From NCBI GenBank assembly GCA_030704615.1, contig CM060733.1, forward strand, positions 33,852,001-33,916,000: DNA of 64,000 nucleotides, written 5' to 3'. Position 1 is the stretch's first letter. Each line of letters starts with the position of its first letter. Shown one piece after another: positions 34,848-49,200 of the stretch. A program made the position numbers and the translations under genes. The notes under the pieces are model-generated. The model ran no database searches. It worked only from the letters and a program-made list of their open reading frames with translations, and was not told the origin of the DNA. Source of the DNA: Takakia lepidozioides (lineage: Eukaryota; Plantae; Bryophyta).

Positions 34848-37800
34848 ATGGCGCTCTCTGGGCCCCTGTCTGGACTGTGGTCGTTGGGATCCTCATACGA
34901 TGGTAAGATTTTCCTCTGATGTTTTCAAGTAGGTAGTCAATCTGTAGCCGGGTAATCAGCAACATGTTTGATTCACTTCTGAATGTGGAGGGGTCGGATT
35001 ATGGTCTGAAAATTGCTGAGAGTGATTGACTGAAGTTGGTGATTGAAGTTGTTTCGTATATGTAATGCACCTTTATGCAGATTCTGTGGCAGAATGCAGG
35101 AAACTGCATTCGAGTTTCCTGCATTCGAGCCTGGCCAATTCCAGTCTTGCGATACGGCTGTTTGTTAATCAACGAGTTCTAGTTTGAATTCCATGGACTG
35201 CATCGTTTTCCCATTTGACTCGTAATGAGAGCTTTGAAGGATGGTACTGTGTGTTGGACCTAGAGGGTGTGAGGCTGCCATGTGTCCATAAAAGAGCACC
35301 AATTAGGCTGCATTTGCAGTGCAGCTCATTCTTCCGCAGGCCGCTAGGCACCGAAAAAACCAAATCAGAAACTGAAATTGTGCTGCAAGTTCCCCTGGAG
35401 TTGCGCTGTTCAATTCCCAGCTCTCAACCAAGTGGCTGCTTATGTGTATGTGTATAAGGGATGCGGAGTGGTTCAATCGATCGTAGAAAATACATAGCAC
35501 ATCACAGAATCCGATTTTTTTGAAGTCGTTGTATTGAAGGCACTGCAATCTGCAGGGTTGTAAGTGACACTTAATCTAAGCTTCACCTGTTCGAAAAACA
35601 GGTTCACTCCTTCAGTGGCCACCTCATTCTTGTGATTGCATAGGTTGGTCAATGTGGGGTGTAGGCAAGCAAGATCTTGGGTGGCCAACTCAGGAGCATT
35701 TAAGGACCAAAACCAACAGGGAACTGCGGAGGTCAATCAGGTCAGGCAGCCAGGATCGTCGCATGTGTCTGATGCTGCACTGCAAACTGCTAGGCACGAT
35801 GCTTGCCCATGAAGTCTCATACACTGCGCTGATGTGGACAGGTTCCACACACTGGAATCTCTGTTCCTACCCAGCTGCCAGTCGATTTCCTCCACTTCTC
35901 CCAGTTGCGTACTGTGCTCTCACCTCCCTTGCCTCCTTGGGGTTTTGCACTTTCAATGTTAGAGTTAAGTTAGGTCTTGGGATGGGTTGATCTGAAGGTT
36001 TGATGAAACTGCACATCTTAGAGGTGGCTGTGTGGGAGACTTGCTTGCGCTCAATTGTTATCTACAGTACCACTCTTGACTACTGAAATGGTTGATGGTT
36101 CTAGTTACTTGTAGCTGCAAGTGTTATGATGTACACTACCACTAGAGAAGCAAATATTGGCACTTAATGGACATAGTATTGTATGGCAAGATAGGCAGAG
36201 GTACACGTCTGGCAGGAACAGTAGAGAGCGCCACCATGAGCACCTGGAGTGGCAAAGCATTGCGCTTCTCAGATACAGCAAGTGCGAAGGTGATTGCTGT
36301 TGTCGGAGCTGACACAGTGAGCCCCTTAAGTGGGACTACATGGGAAGACGTAATGCTGCACATGGTGAGGCTTCTTTGTAGATGAGGATGGTCTTTGTGC
36401 CATGTAGGGATAACACTACCAAGTTATTATTAAGAGTGCTCATTGAGTGTAATTTGACAAAGAAATTCTGATTACCATCTTTCGGCCTTTCTGATTGGGC
36501 TCTTAGGCTCCTCTTGTCTGGGGTCTGTAATGTGGAAGCCAAAGTGCTGGCAAAGGGATCACATGTACCTGTTTTCTAGCGGTATTTACTATCAATGCTC
36601 CCAGAAGTTACGAGTCCTGTTCTACTGGTGTACTGGATACTGGCGGAAAGTAGTTTCTTAAGAGTACCAACACCAATCACCCTCCCTACTATTCCTGCAC
36701 ATGATACATAGACATTTGCTACAGGACATGTAAGGAATTTCTCAACAGCTTCCCACATCATTTACCTTTTTGTGGCTCATTTTTTACATGTATTACTTGG
36801 ACAGTATCAATGTTTAACCTGGCAGGTTGACACATTGTGGGAATTTTTGGATGCGGGATTGCAGGCACAACGATTGGGTTGGATTGACAGTAGTTTTGAG
36901 ATGCTGGTGTTCACTGACGAGGCTCTCCTGTCAGGAAAAATTGGGCAGGAAATTGATACCATCATCAACAAGTCCAACATTGCAGTGATTGTGAGCGTCA
37001 CAGACCCTGAGGCTGTGAAATTCGTGCAGAGTAGATTCTGTGGGAAGATATCCACGCTTGTCTGTTTTGACTCATCCCCAGAGCTGGAAACATTGCTGGG
37101 AGGGCTCAAAGTGAGACCCCTTGATCCAGTTGAGAGAGCCCTTGGTGCATTACCTGGAAGTAAGAGAGGAGAAGCAGTGAAAGTCTTGGGCATTGTGATG
37201 GAGGCATGGGATCGTGCTAGCAGTGATGACTTTCGCTTTGCACTGTTAGTGCTGGTTGACTCATATGTGACACCCGTCAAGCTGTTGAAGAACCTCCGAG
37301 CCACCAGCCTGGCATCCTTGCAGTGCATGGTGAAGAATTGTCGGTCACAAATTTTGGCCTGTCTCCTGAACCCTAACTGCCGGCAAGCCCTCAACTGTTT
37401 GACAAGTTGCTCACCTTCAGACCAAGTGTGCAGCTATCGCTGCATTGTGTCATATGAGAGCCCACTTCTGGAGGCTTTCTCTCTATGCGTGCTACAGAAG
37501 CACAACTGCCTGGGCTTGACGGCTGAGATCCTTATGCAACCTGACGTTCAACCATTAGCTGTGTTTCGAGGTGAGACTGTCAACCATGACATTGCTGAGG
37601 ATCTCTTTGTAGGCTGGCTTGGAAGGCCAAAGCTGGCAGTTCGAGGAACTCAACCAGGCGAAGCCAAAGAGGCAGAAAAGATGGAGTGGAGCTGGCGGGT
37701 GGTTGCAGGACAAAATGCTGCTTATGACCAGTTCCCTTGTCAGTATCAGCTCTTCTACCGGGGCAAGGCCAAAGGTTCCATGTGGTATGACCCTGTATTT

Positions 37801-38302
37801 CAGGTGAGCACAGCTGATTCTCGTTCCATGTGAAAGAACATTCTAGGCCTCTATTTAGTCACTCGTTGAGTTTGTCTCATTGACATTCTTCCACTTGTGG
37901 GAAGATATTCAGGTGCAGACTCTTGATGGGCGCATGGTCTGGAGGAGACGACACTATCGAGTGAGGAGAGGTCAGACTGCAGGCACATTCTACTTCAGTG
38001 TACTGGACAATGGTGTGATTTCAAAAGAGTTCTGGAGGATAGTCGAGGTGATGGATGATTTATCATGGGGCCTCTTTTACTACAGTGGAGCTGCCGAGGC
38101 TGCAGGACAATCCTACACAGGTGCCATACTCGTCACCCCAGATGGGAAGTGGCCAGCGGAGCGTGAGACCGAAAGGTTGACTGCTGCCTTGGACCGGTGC
38201 GGCATCAAGTTGTGGGAACTTTACCGTGTGAATAATGCAGGCTGTGCAGACCCTCCATTAGGCATCCCAGAGGGTTCCTCATTGCATTGTGCCATTGCCT
38301 GA
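34848..38302 (+). CDS. VDR: Violaxanthin de-epoxidase-related protein; 5' exons uncertain
   Basis: Exons ~36215-36364 (VSPL...WEDVMLH), ~36865-37803 (Cys-rich CMVKNC..C.YRCIVSYES, WRVVAGQNAAYDQFPCQYQ), ~37913-38302 (WRRRHYRV, SVLDNGV, GQSYTGA). Start at 34848 is tentative. Confidence 0.88.
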
Positions 38303-39407
38303 TAGGGTAGTCTGCATGCAAGTGCAACCAGTCCTGTACCTCTCTGTATGTCCAGAGAAGCTTCCTGAAGATCTCAGGCATGTCCATTCACAGGAAATTA
38401 TATCTCAGACCTGGTGTATAGAGATTCGGGAACACAAGCATGTTTCGTCCTCAGGGTTCCTGCCAGGTTGCTGCTTAGCTACAGAGACACCAGTTTAAAT
38501 CAATGAATCTGTTGAGGTTAGTAAGGTGTATGTACTAAAAGAAATGAATTGGTACCAGGCATGTGGACCTTGACATTGACCAAAGGGCATGCACTGGGAT
38601 GGCAAAAAGTCATCTAAAGCATAGAGAGATTTGGCTCAGGTCAGGGGTTCTGTGCCATAAATGCTCATCGTCCACTCCACCTGTTTTATTGTTGTGGAGT
38701 CCGCACTTTTAGGGGAATTTAAATGTGTCCTAAGAAAGATTTGTCAACTGATGTCCTGTCATCCTGAAGTAAGGATTGAACTCAAAATAGTTTCCTTTGA
38801 TGCTGAAGAATTCACTGAGATAGTTCATGGTGCAAGTCCCCAGCGGTTTGAAAGCTATAGCTCTAAATTGTCATGACATCCCACACCCTTGTATCTTGTT
38901 TCCCTCACATTGTTGAGCATCCCTGCTTATGACATTCCCTGGTGGACAACAAGATCTTTTTATGCAGAAGTTCACTTCATTTGCTGGGTACTTTTGCAAT
39001 GCATTTCAAAGCATCTTCGATCTCAGAAATCTCCATGAATAAAATGATCTGTGGACTAATAATTTCTGGTATACAACCCTCCCCCCACCTTTGCACAAAC
39101 ACACACACACACACTCTCTCTCTCTATAGGTGAGAAAAAGGCTTGGCACCACAGATCAAACTTGAGAAAGCAAAAATCTCAACCTCGGTCCTCACCCCAT
39201 TCCATGTTGACATCTCCCAAACGAAAGAGAGAAGGAAAACCAACGTAAGTACGACTGAATTTGGCCCACCGAACAACAAAGTTGAAGATCCTCGATGTAA
39301 CTGACCTTGTAAAAGTTGCTGGGATGGGGTTTAGGGTTTAGGAAGAGAGGGAAGTGTGATGGGTTTGGAGCTCTTGATGCAGAAGAGATAGGGGCGAGTT
39401 TAGAGGA

Positions 39408-41568
39408 ATGCGCTCTGCATTGTGGGTCGCACCGTCGTCTATGGGCTGCCTGGCGCGCACGCTGTCCTCCCGGGCTTCGTGTCTCTCATTCGCGAACCCA
39501 ATGTCCCCCTCGTCGTCGTGTACTTCTCTACATGCTGCTCCAGACCACCGCTTGCAGATATGGCATGTGTCTCCGGTGAATGAAACCGCATGTTTGTCTT
39601 CTTTGATGGAAATGCAGAGGATGTGTTCTAGATTGAGGTATGTAAAAAGAGTGAAGCGGCAGGTGTTGAGAAATTCTTGGAGGTGGGCAAGTGGGTTGAA
39701 GCTTAGCGCAGGTTCTGATAATGCATCTACATCTGCATCAAACAACTTAGAAAGCGTAGGAATTCATATGCGGTCATCTGTGGTAGCCTCAACATCCCAG
39801 TCAAGAAATCAACAGTTTCGTTCTCTTACCTTCTCTCAGAATTTTTGCAATAGCTCTGGTTTGAGGTCCCCTGGTAAAACTTGGAAACAAGCCACTTCAG
39901 TAGAAAGCCTAAGCGCAGAAGCCTCTGTGGCGCCCATCGCTTTGTCACCGTCGGTTTCAAATGAAGAAAGGGCGAACAGCAAGAGTTTTGAGAGATTAGC
40001 GTGTCCAGGATGCGGGATCTACATGCAGGACAAAGATCCGAAGGAGCCGGGCTTTTTCAAGCGCCCTGCTGCTCTTGATAAAGTATTGGACGATTTTGAT
40101 GAGGCAGGGGAGGCTGAGGATGACGCTGACGATATATATGAAGATGAAGACGACGAATCTGATTTGGAAGAACTTGAGGCCAGCTTAGATGAAGGCAAAG
40201 GGGACGGAAAGAAGGATGGAATTCAGATGGAGATTCCGGACTGGGGCTTAGAGGAAGATGATGATGATGATGAGATTGACCTTAGAGAGGCCGGGTTTCA
40301 GCCGTGGAACGAGGTGGGGGGTAGCAAGCAGGCAGCCAAGGACGCTTGGCTAAACCTTTTCAGGGGAAAGACGCAGAGTGAAGGAGATGAGCCAATCGAC
40401 TCGACTGATGAGGAAGAAAAGTTGGTGGTGTGTGCTCGTTGCCATGCCTTGCGACACTATGGGAAAGTGAAAGACGAGAGCCTTGAAAATTTGCTTCCAG
40501 ATTTCGACTTTGAGCGTGTAGTTGGCAGCAGGCTGAAAAAAGCTTATGGGAGAAGGGCTGTAGTAGTATTAGTTGTGGACGGATCCGATTTTGATGGTTC
40601 ATTCCCTCGTAAGGTTGCAGCGGTACTTGCTGAAGCTGAAAGAGACATGGGATCTGCCTGGCAAGAAGGCAAGCCTGGAAACTCCCCTCGCCTGGTAGTT
40701 GTGGTGAACAAAATTGACCTTCTCCCTCGCCAGATCTCGCCAGCCAGGTTGGAACAATGGGTTAGGCGAAGATCAAGGGCAGGTGGGGCGCCCCGGCTGA
40801 CTGGTGTCCATCTTGTGAGTGCTTTCAAGGGTTGGGGTGTAGAGAGACTTGCTATGCACCTCAAGGACATGGCTGGGCCCCGTGGGGATGTCTGGGTTGT
40901 AGGAGCTCAAAATGCAGGAAAGTCATCGCTTATTAATTCTCTAGCCAGGATTACAGAGGGCAAGAAACGTTCACAGCTGACGGAGGCCGCTGTACCTGGC
41001 ACGACATTGGGGGTTTTGAAACTGACAGGCATTTTGCCTGCAAGAGCAAGGTTATTTGACACACCAGGGCTGCTGCATCCCCACCAAATCACCACGAGGC
41101 TCAACCGGGAGGAGCAGAAGTTGGTGCAGGTCCGCAAGGAGCTCAAGCCCCGAACTTTTCGTGTAAAGGTGAGTCAGTCGATTATTTCATCATTGGGAGA
41201 GTATCTTGTGGGTTTGTATGGCAGCCCATGTGCCCATTTCACCTCTGACATTTTGTGGCTTTTGGCGTTGTGATGGCTCTCTATGTATTATTCATTGACA
41301 TAGTAATATAATTGGCCATCCTCGTTGCTTTGTGCTTTCATCCTCAACAAGCTGATGACTGGTTATTGTGCTAAGACTCTCTATGACTCGTCCATTTGTC
41401 AGAAAGGTGGAGCTGTGCACGTGGGCGGACTGCTGAGATTGGATCTGGTAGACGCACCTGCAGAAAGCATTTATATTACAGTATGGGCATCTGCCCAGGT
41501 TCCTTGCCACATGGGTAAAGTTGAAACGGCTGAGGAGCTCTTGGAGAAACATATTGGAGAGCGGTTGA

Positions 41569-41603
<35 letters not shown>

Positions 41604-42387
41604 CCTCCTTTCTGTCCAAGCTGGGCACAGGCCACAAGGCTACTGCAAACAACGTCTTAAGAGTACATTCTCTCCCTCTGCCCAAACCGGGTGCAGGGTC
41701 TATGGCCACAAGGCTACGCCAAACAATGTCTTAATTAGACATGCTCTCTCCCTCTGTGTTTCAGACAGGTTAGGAGAGACACAGGTGGGGATCTCAGCGT
41801 AGTTGCTGCTTGGACAATCTTTTACTGCATGTTGTAAGCATCCAGAATTTGGAGCCTGTAGGTTCCCTTCTTTGTCCTGAGTTTCCCTTCAACTGTAGCC
41901 ATGTGGACCTGATAGGACTATTGATGCATCCCCTTTCTAATTGCCAGGAACTTATTTTGCAAACGCGCTATTTCGTAAGTCAACTCTCTTTGGTTGGGCT
42001 TCAAATACTCGGGAAGGTGCTTTCCTGCCATTGATTGGGTTCTTTGGATTGTTGCAGCCTCCGATGGACAAGGAGCGGGCAGCTGAGTTGGGGCCCTGGG
42101 TAGCGCGAAGAGTCACAGTCTCAGGAGACAAGTGGGATGCCAGTAGTGTGGATGTGGCCATAGCTGGGCTAGGTTGGGTTGGAGTTGGCGTGAAAGGCAC
42201 TGCGATTTTGCAGGCTTGGACTTATGAGGGCGTGGCTGTCACCACCCATGAGGCCATGGTCTATGACATGGCCTCTATCTTTGAAAAACCCGGGTTCACT
42301 GCAGTAAAAGTACCTAGTAAACCCGGAAAGAAGTCCAGTGGGCACAATGAGAAGTCTAGGGAGGACCTAGTTACTGAGGTGGTTTAA
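39408..42387 (+). CDS. BPG2: Chloroplast circularly permuted YqeH-family GTPase, BPG2-like, 3 exons
   Basis: CPGC..CARC zinc finger; G4 NKID, G5 VSA, G1 GAQNAGKS, G2 PGTT, G3 DTPG. Exons ~39408-41168, 41403-41570, 42058-42387. Could be the BPG2 paralogue rather than the orthologue. Confidence 0.88.
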
Positions 42388-42825
42388 TTGTTCTGTTAGA
42401 TGCACCCATCCACCACCAATGCATGTTCTGCTTGGATGTGAGGCATTTCTCCTTAGGTTCTCACCATGTTGGGAATTGCATCACTGTAATTGCGTATGGT
42501 TGATACCACCACATGTCACCACATGTCAAAGCTTTCCCTGTGCTTGTTGCGGAGTTCATTGAATTTGTGGAGATCCAAAAAGTGGATTGTATTGTAGATG
42601 GAACAATATACAGGTCCTTTATGGTAGTGTACACATTGCTTTTTTCTGGTGCTGCTGAGTAAATCATTTTCAAATGCAAAAGCGCATTTGTCACTGTTGA
42701 GTCAGTGCTGGAAGAAAATAGAGTCATAACTTTCATTCTTAGTTGTCCATTGGTGTTGGACGTGTGGCCTCAGAATTTTGTGTGGCCTCCACTAAGCAAA
42801 TGATTGGGAACGAAGATTGTGCACA

Positions 42826-43049
42826 TTAGCTGGTAGCTCAGCTGGTAAGTGCAGTGTGTCACCTTGGGGTTTGGGGCTCAAACCCGCTGCCCTGCCCCGC
42901 GTGTGGGATTGTTCTCGACGGTATGTCTGGGCATTGATCGTCCTGTAGGCCTCATGGCCCATAAATGAAAGGGGGTTAATTTTCCCCCCTCAAGGGCCTG
43001 AACTGTGGGCTGTCGCTCCCAGGTTACCTTTAAAAAAAATAAAAAATTA
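42826..43049 (+). mobile_element. tRNA-derived SINE
   Basis: A box TAGCTCAGCTGG (~42834), B box-like GGGCTCAAACCC (~42873), A-rich tail 43032-43049, degenerate TSD AAGATTGTGCAC / AAGATTTTGAAC. Confidence 0.7.
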
Positions 43050-43446
43050 AAAGATTTTGAACGCAAAGCGCTGATTAAATTTTGTTGGAGATTCCACCTT
43101 TGCAGCAGGAATGAGATCAACATACGAGAAATCAAAACCGTGCTCAATGATGAATAATTGGAGAGAACTTTCTGGAGCTCACTCTTCTCTGAAGCTTAAA
43201 TTACATATACTTGTCCTATGCTTGAAAGCACAAAACATTCTTGAATTGGACAGTCATGCAAGTTGCATGTTGCAAGTTGCTTCTTGTCGCTAGCTGTAGT
43301 TGGATGCGCACCCTATGCCTTGAAATGACCATCTGGAAGAGAACATAACAATTATGTCCGGTACCCTGAAAATGGGGAGGTGAGAGACACTGAAAGTGGG
43401 TGGGGTGTGCGGTATAGGTCAGAGAGAATGGAAGCTTAAAGTTACA

Positions 43447-45457
43447 CTAAACATCAATAATGTCAAGAGCATTTGCATTGTGAGGATCACCATCTGCCTT
43501 ACTGCATGCTTGGCACTGTAGCTTGCCTTGCCCCTTACAAGCCTTGCATTGTAAAGAGGTTGAAGTGCTTCTGTCTTGAGCAGCCAAAATCTCAACCTTC
43601 TGAAGCCACCCTGAACTCCATCTTTCCCTCTCCTGTTATATGCAGATCCATGCGTGTTCTATGTTAGACACCGAGCCCAGTGTGCCCAATTCAATACATT
43701 CACAAGGAATACTATGTGAAGTAATGCAACTGCAAGCCCTATCCTCTGGATTTCTTTCTACAGAAACAGCTCTTACATCTATGTGTCATTGATTTGAGAT
43801 ACGTTTGGATATCTAAGTAGTGGAGCGGCCATACTATTGTTGGGTAACTTTCAGAAACATGAAGGACCTTTCTCAACAATCCTGAAGAGAACAAGAGAAG
43901 GCACCTTTAGGTTTTGAGAGTTGACCCAAAACCTTGTCGTCTCATCACATGTGGCCACCATTTCCAAGAACCAATCCTTCCCAGACCCTCTCCGTTTTGA
44001 ATGGATTCGAAAATGTCGCCATCCAAAAGTGCTCTCCATGGCAGTCCACTTTGATCCTGTAGCCCACCCATAAACAAAGATGTAGTGAATGGGGGAAAAG
44101 CATGTAATATAGTTCACTCCATGTAGAACGGTCGGTCATGACAAAATGTTCCGCAATAACCTAGTGACCAGCACATCCACATGCAGTTACACTTGCATCC
44201 AAAATATCACCTACATTTCTCAGATCCTCGTTCTGCTCTGTATTTCTTTGCCTCTTTCCTTCTTCAAATCCATTTTACTAATGAAAAAGGTTCTGACATT
44301 TTGCCAAATATCTCAAACTGGAACCGATGTCTCATCTGAGCTCACCCAAGTGCCAGAGGAAGAGAGGTATGGTTGTAAAAGAACCCCATTGTTCCTAGAG
44401 GTCACAACTGAGCAAAACCTTTTACAAATTTCCTTTAAGGCCAGCAAAGAACCACTACTCACCACCCTGTAAATTTTACTCACTGCAAAGTATGGCTTTT
44501 TGCCAAATGCCTCAACAGCCCAGCATCCGTGGAACTGAGGCTTCTTAAGTTATTCTGCTGGTCTCACCTACCAGTCTCACCTGGAAATGACTGCCATAAT
44601 CACTCATGATACCTCCACTTTCAACTAAGCTAAGAGAGAGAGAAGGGGGACTTACCAACAATCCGGTCTAATGCGACAGGATTCCTCTTGTGATAGCCAC
44701 CTCGAGCAAGCTTTCCCTGTCCACCACACTTGTCGCAGGACACTTCACCTTCACCTGCCAACATGCACATAGCATCCGAAAGGGTCTGAGGAATAGAATT
44801 CCGGGCAACTTCTACCAACTCCAGCACAAACCATCTAACTATTGTCATCCCAATGTTGCTCGGCGATGCACCAAATGCTAAAACTACATATAGAGCACAT
44901 GCTACTCAGTCATCGTACCAATTGAGGTGGAAGGTTGTTGCACTCAGCGGGTGACTGCAGGTATCTAATCAGAAGTGCACAGCCTGCTCTGTATGTCAGA
45001 ATTACTGGTCGCATGTTTCCTGATTTTGGGAAACCGCACTGCAATTTGACTGGATAAGAGTGGCCAGGATGTGGAACACAAAAGAAATGCGTTCGAAGAC
45101 ACAATCTTGATAACGAAATTTCAAAGTGAGGTGCTTGCCCTTTAGTTCTACAAAGCCAATTCCCTGCTTACGACACATTCAAATCCTGCACATGGCCTTC
45201 AAGACATCAAAATAATCACAAAAGTTTCAAATCTGTCTGCCAAATGCCACACTGGCTGAGATGCAACGCCAACCTCTACAAAACCGGCAGGGCACAGGAG
45301 GGTACAACGCAGACAGAGGCTTCACAAATTGGTTCTCCAAGCTGCTGTCCGCTGAGACTGCTCCCCTGGCAGCATTGTTGCTCCCGGATTGCACCAATGC
45401 CCTGAAAAACTGATGGGGAGGAGGAGATGGCAGCCTCATCATCGTCGTCGTCGTCAT
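43447..45457 (-). CDS. DnaJ-type zinc-finger protein with an inserted Trp-rich TIGR02450-like domain, 4 exons, probable plastid transit peptide
   Basis: CRFCRG|EGEVSCDKCGGQG...GSKWTAME..FGWRHF..LEMVATCD..RFWVN..NLK|ERERWSSGWL...CKACKGQGKLQCQAC. Stop at 43447-43449. Confidence 0.75.
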
Positions 45458-46209
45458 CAGGCTTCAGATGTTGCTGGATTTCGATGCAGCTTGCCCAAAT
45501 TAAACCAGAGGTGATGCTATGTATACTCGAGTATCTTATTAGCACCTTACAAGACTGCTACCTATACCTATCGGCAGTAACCTTGTCCAATCTACAAGAT
45601 TCGGCCATCATCCCCAAGCAAAAACGCGGGAAGCCCAGATGTGAATGGTCAAGGAGGCGAGGAGATTCAATCTGGGTAAGAGATTGTCGTCCAGGGTATT
45701 CATCTTGTGGGTAGCAAAGTTTCAAAAAGGGGTAATGGCGTTGCGTATGTCGTATTGCACAAAAAGTCAGAGTGCAAGGCTGCAGGATCCAACGGTGTAG
45801 ATGGCCGCCATAGATTTTCTTACCCTAAGCCGGTCTGTGAGCTCTTTCCATGGCACAGGGAGCGAGATACGGAGACTGGTGAGTACGATGGTTTCTGCAT
45901 CCTCGAACATTGTGTAGAATGTCGATGTAGTAGCTCAGTGGTCGTTATGTACTGTACGATGGAGCGTGCAGTGCGTCCGTGCATGTGAAAGCAAATTACT
46001 GCCAGAGGCCTGTGAGATCTTAATTACATGTCCAAGCGGAGGCTTGTACACGATGAGATCGAGAAAGGTACAGAGGCTTGAAGCATTTTGGCGAAATGTA
46101 GTGCAAACGAAGCCTTGCATCTTTCGCGGAGGTGAGGGAGAGAGAATCGTTGGGAGTGAAACCTTGGCCTAATCCAGGGAAAATTAACAATCAAAGAAAA
46201 GAGGTGCTT

Positions 46210-49200
46210 ATGGGGGAGGCAATGAAACGCGGGAGATTTACTCTCGGAAGGCAGTCGTCTTTGGCACCTGAAAAGGAGAATGATAGCTCGGATTTAGGCC
46301 AAGATGAATCCGACAGTTTGAAGTCAGCAAAGGATCTGGAAGCTGTATCCGAGTTGCTCTACTCTGCTTGCAAAGGAGATGTTGATGGCGTCGAATCGTT
46401 GCTGGCCAAGGGCGTAAACGTTGATGCGGCAGATCTTGATGGTCGAACAGCCTTGCATTTGGCAGCTTGCGAGGGTCAGATGCAGGTGATCGAGCACCTC
46501 GTTAACAAAGGAGCGAATCTCAACCTTGCCGATCGGTGGGGCAGCACGGTCTGTAACTAAGTCCCACACTCTCTTATAAACTGAAAATTTCAAGACTATC
46601 ACCGACATTTTGTTGAAGTGAATATGCGTACAGGTAGGCACAGTTTGAGTGTGTTTCTTCCTATAGTTTCAGCTCTCTTTCTTCCTCCACTCCCTCGCAG
46701 GCTGAGAGTTGTGAAAGGCGCTTTTCGCTTTACTTATGAAGACTCTGCGGGCAGTTACAAAGCACGATGTAAATCCAGACTCAGATCATCAGAGTTTTGA
46801 ATCTGAGAGGTCCTTCACGTGGTGTTATTTAAAGACTTTCACCCCTATCAGGCCGGCCAACTTAACAATGTATAATTGACCTTGTTTGTGTGGCTAGGAC
46901 AGGTAGTCAATAAATGTGATGTCCTTGTGAGAAGTGAAGTGAAGGGATGTGTTTCCACAGCTGGATTACTTCTTCATGTGTTCTGATTGCAATGCTAAAG
47001 GCCGAAGTTCAGATGTGATCAAGAATCTTATGGTATTCTACACCAAGAAAACAACGAATGACAGTCAGAGTTTTAAGATACGCAGTAGAACCTCACAGTA
47101 AGGTAGTCCACTAGACCAAGCTTCCTGCTTCTTTACGTCACAAGTCTAGAGTATGATAACCATAGCTAATTGCAGATCTGTTGGTTGCAGCTGCCCCATT
47201 ATATCCAGTCCTCCTTAACACTCTATTTGTGCATGTTTTCGGCAGTTCACCTACTAAGAGTATTCACCATCTTAGAGGATTGGACAAGCTGATGTTGAAG
47301 TTGAAAGTGTTCTGCTGTATTGTGATGCCCCTTACGGCAATCCTTTTCTCTGTGCCTCATATGCTCTGGGTGGAATGTGTGAATGTGGCAGCCCTTGGGC
47401 GATGCAGTGCATTACGATAGAGTTGAAGTATCCAAGTTTCTCGAAGCACGGGGGGCCAGATTACCTGTACTTCCTTGACCCCACTTGCTTCAATGTGTGA
47501 ATTCAGTCACTGGGAACCAATTGTGAATAATTTGCAGCAATATATGAGTGGCCATTAGACAAACTCTCCTACCCTTTGGATTCAATACAGCGGCTGATTT
47601 TGCATTGTTTCTGGTTGGCTATCTAAGGCATAAAAGCTGTAGAAAGGGGTTCTTCATGGAGCTAGGTGGATTGCTTCTGACATGGTTCATGAGCTATATC
47701 AGAAATCATCAATGCGAGTGCGGACCCAAAAGGAGGTGCCCGAATATGAGATCAACCCTTCTGAGCTGGTGTTCAAGGATAGCGAATATAAATTGCCGAA
47801 TGTAAGTCAGGCTTTTTATATTGTTATTTTGTTGCTGTTGAGGATGTGTAACACACCAAAGATTATTGATTTTTGTCAAATCTGAGAAAATAAGGAAACT
47901 CGGAACAGGATAAAGACCAAGTAGGTGATATTGAATTTTTAGTAGTTGAAGTGTTCAGATTAGTTTGCATGAACTTATGGATTTTATTCCCTGACACATG
48001 TTGGTGTGCTCATCTTGCATCTACCCCTGCGGATGGTAGTTGGCTTTTGCTAAGAATGTGTATTTCTAGTAGTTTCGCACTCATGGCGCTAATGTCATTG
48101 GACAAACCTTTCAAACAGAGAGAGTGTGTATTTCTAAGATGTTTCAAACACACACAGGCTGTCCAGATCAACTGAAACCTGGCAAGGACAAGCATTGAGG
48201 GTGTAGTCCAATAGGAAACCAGAGCCAGCTTTGCAAGCAGGGTTAATGAAACTCAACTCAAACTTGCCAGGGTTGTCACAGGGACTCGAGTGCTGATTTA
48301 TGCGTTGACCTGCATATCGTACTAGGATGTATGAGATTATACCAGCAGTCTAATTCTACGCCACCAGATTACAATAGATGTGTCAGCTGTGACTGCTGTT
48401 GCATAGGAAAAAGCGGGGGAGAGAATGTACTCATAAGACCTCTGCCGTAGCCTTGTGGTCATAGACCCCACCCAGACGGAACAAGAGGGAGAGGGAGGTT
48501 GAGAGATTTAGTCACAGCATTCGATGTGTGGATGCAGCATCGGGTTGCAACCTGGCATGGGACAAAAGTGGCTGTGAAAGCGCTTTCCACTATTGACATC
48601 TCAGACGAGGAGACACTGTACGCCTAGATCTTCTTCTTCTTTTGTTTTGCTGTTGTTCTTGGGTTAGGGTCTTTCTTCTTCTTCTGTTCTCTTAAAACAA
48701 TCTGTGATAAGATAAAGTTGTGAGAGGTGAAGATGCCAAGACATGGAAAGACTTGAGATTGGAAGGTTAGTGCTCAGAGGCGGGGAGGGGCCAGATTTGG
48801 AGCTATGAAGACAGGAGTAGGGCTGGTTTTGAGAGTAGTAACAAGGCAGATAGATAGACAGACAGATGGAGAGACAAAAGAGGTGCTTTAGAGGCTAATA
48901 AAGAACATTTTTGCAGAGTCTTCTGCAAAGCTGAATTTCATGGCTGCCAAAAAGCAATGGAGAAGTCTCTGTGAATTGCTTGCAGGCTGTGGTTTACGGA
49001 GGAGCTCGCGCTGTTGCAAAAACTGCGGCATCCTAATGTGGTGCAGTTTCTTGGAGCTGTTACTCAGAGTGCCCCCATGATGATTGTCACTGAATTCTTG
49101 CCTCAGGTATGTGTTTTCTTCACTCCTTGATTACGCTTGATTAACTTAATCTCCTTCAGTAGCTTCTAAACATAATTATGGTGATGTCAAAGAGTGGTGT

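Noticed and set aside
36807-37394. Long antisense ORFs over VDR, gag, pol and the LINEs
   Set aside because: Shadow frames of real coding sequence with no independent motifs.
41630-41760. ~73-bp direct repeat next to a (CT)n tract in the GTPase intron
   Set aside because: Ordinary local duplication with no sign of function.
42826-42900. tRNA gene
   Set aside because: A and B boxes are present but there is no cloverleaf; the tail and TSD indicate a SINE.
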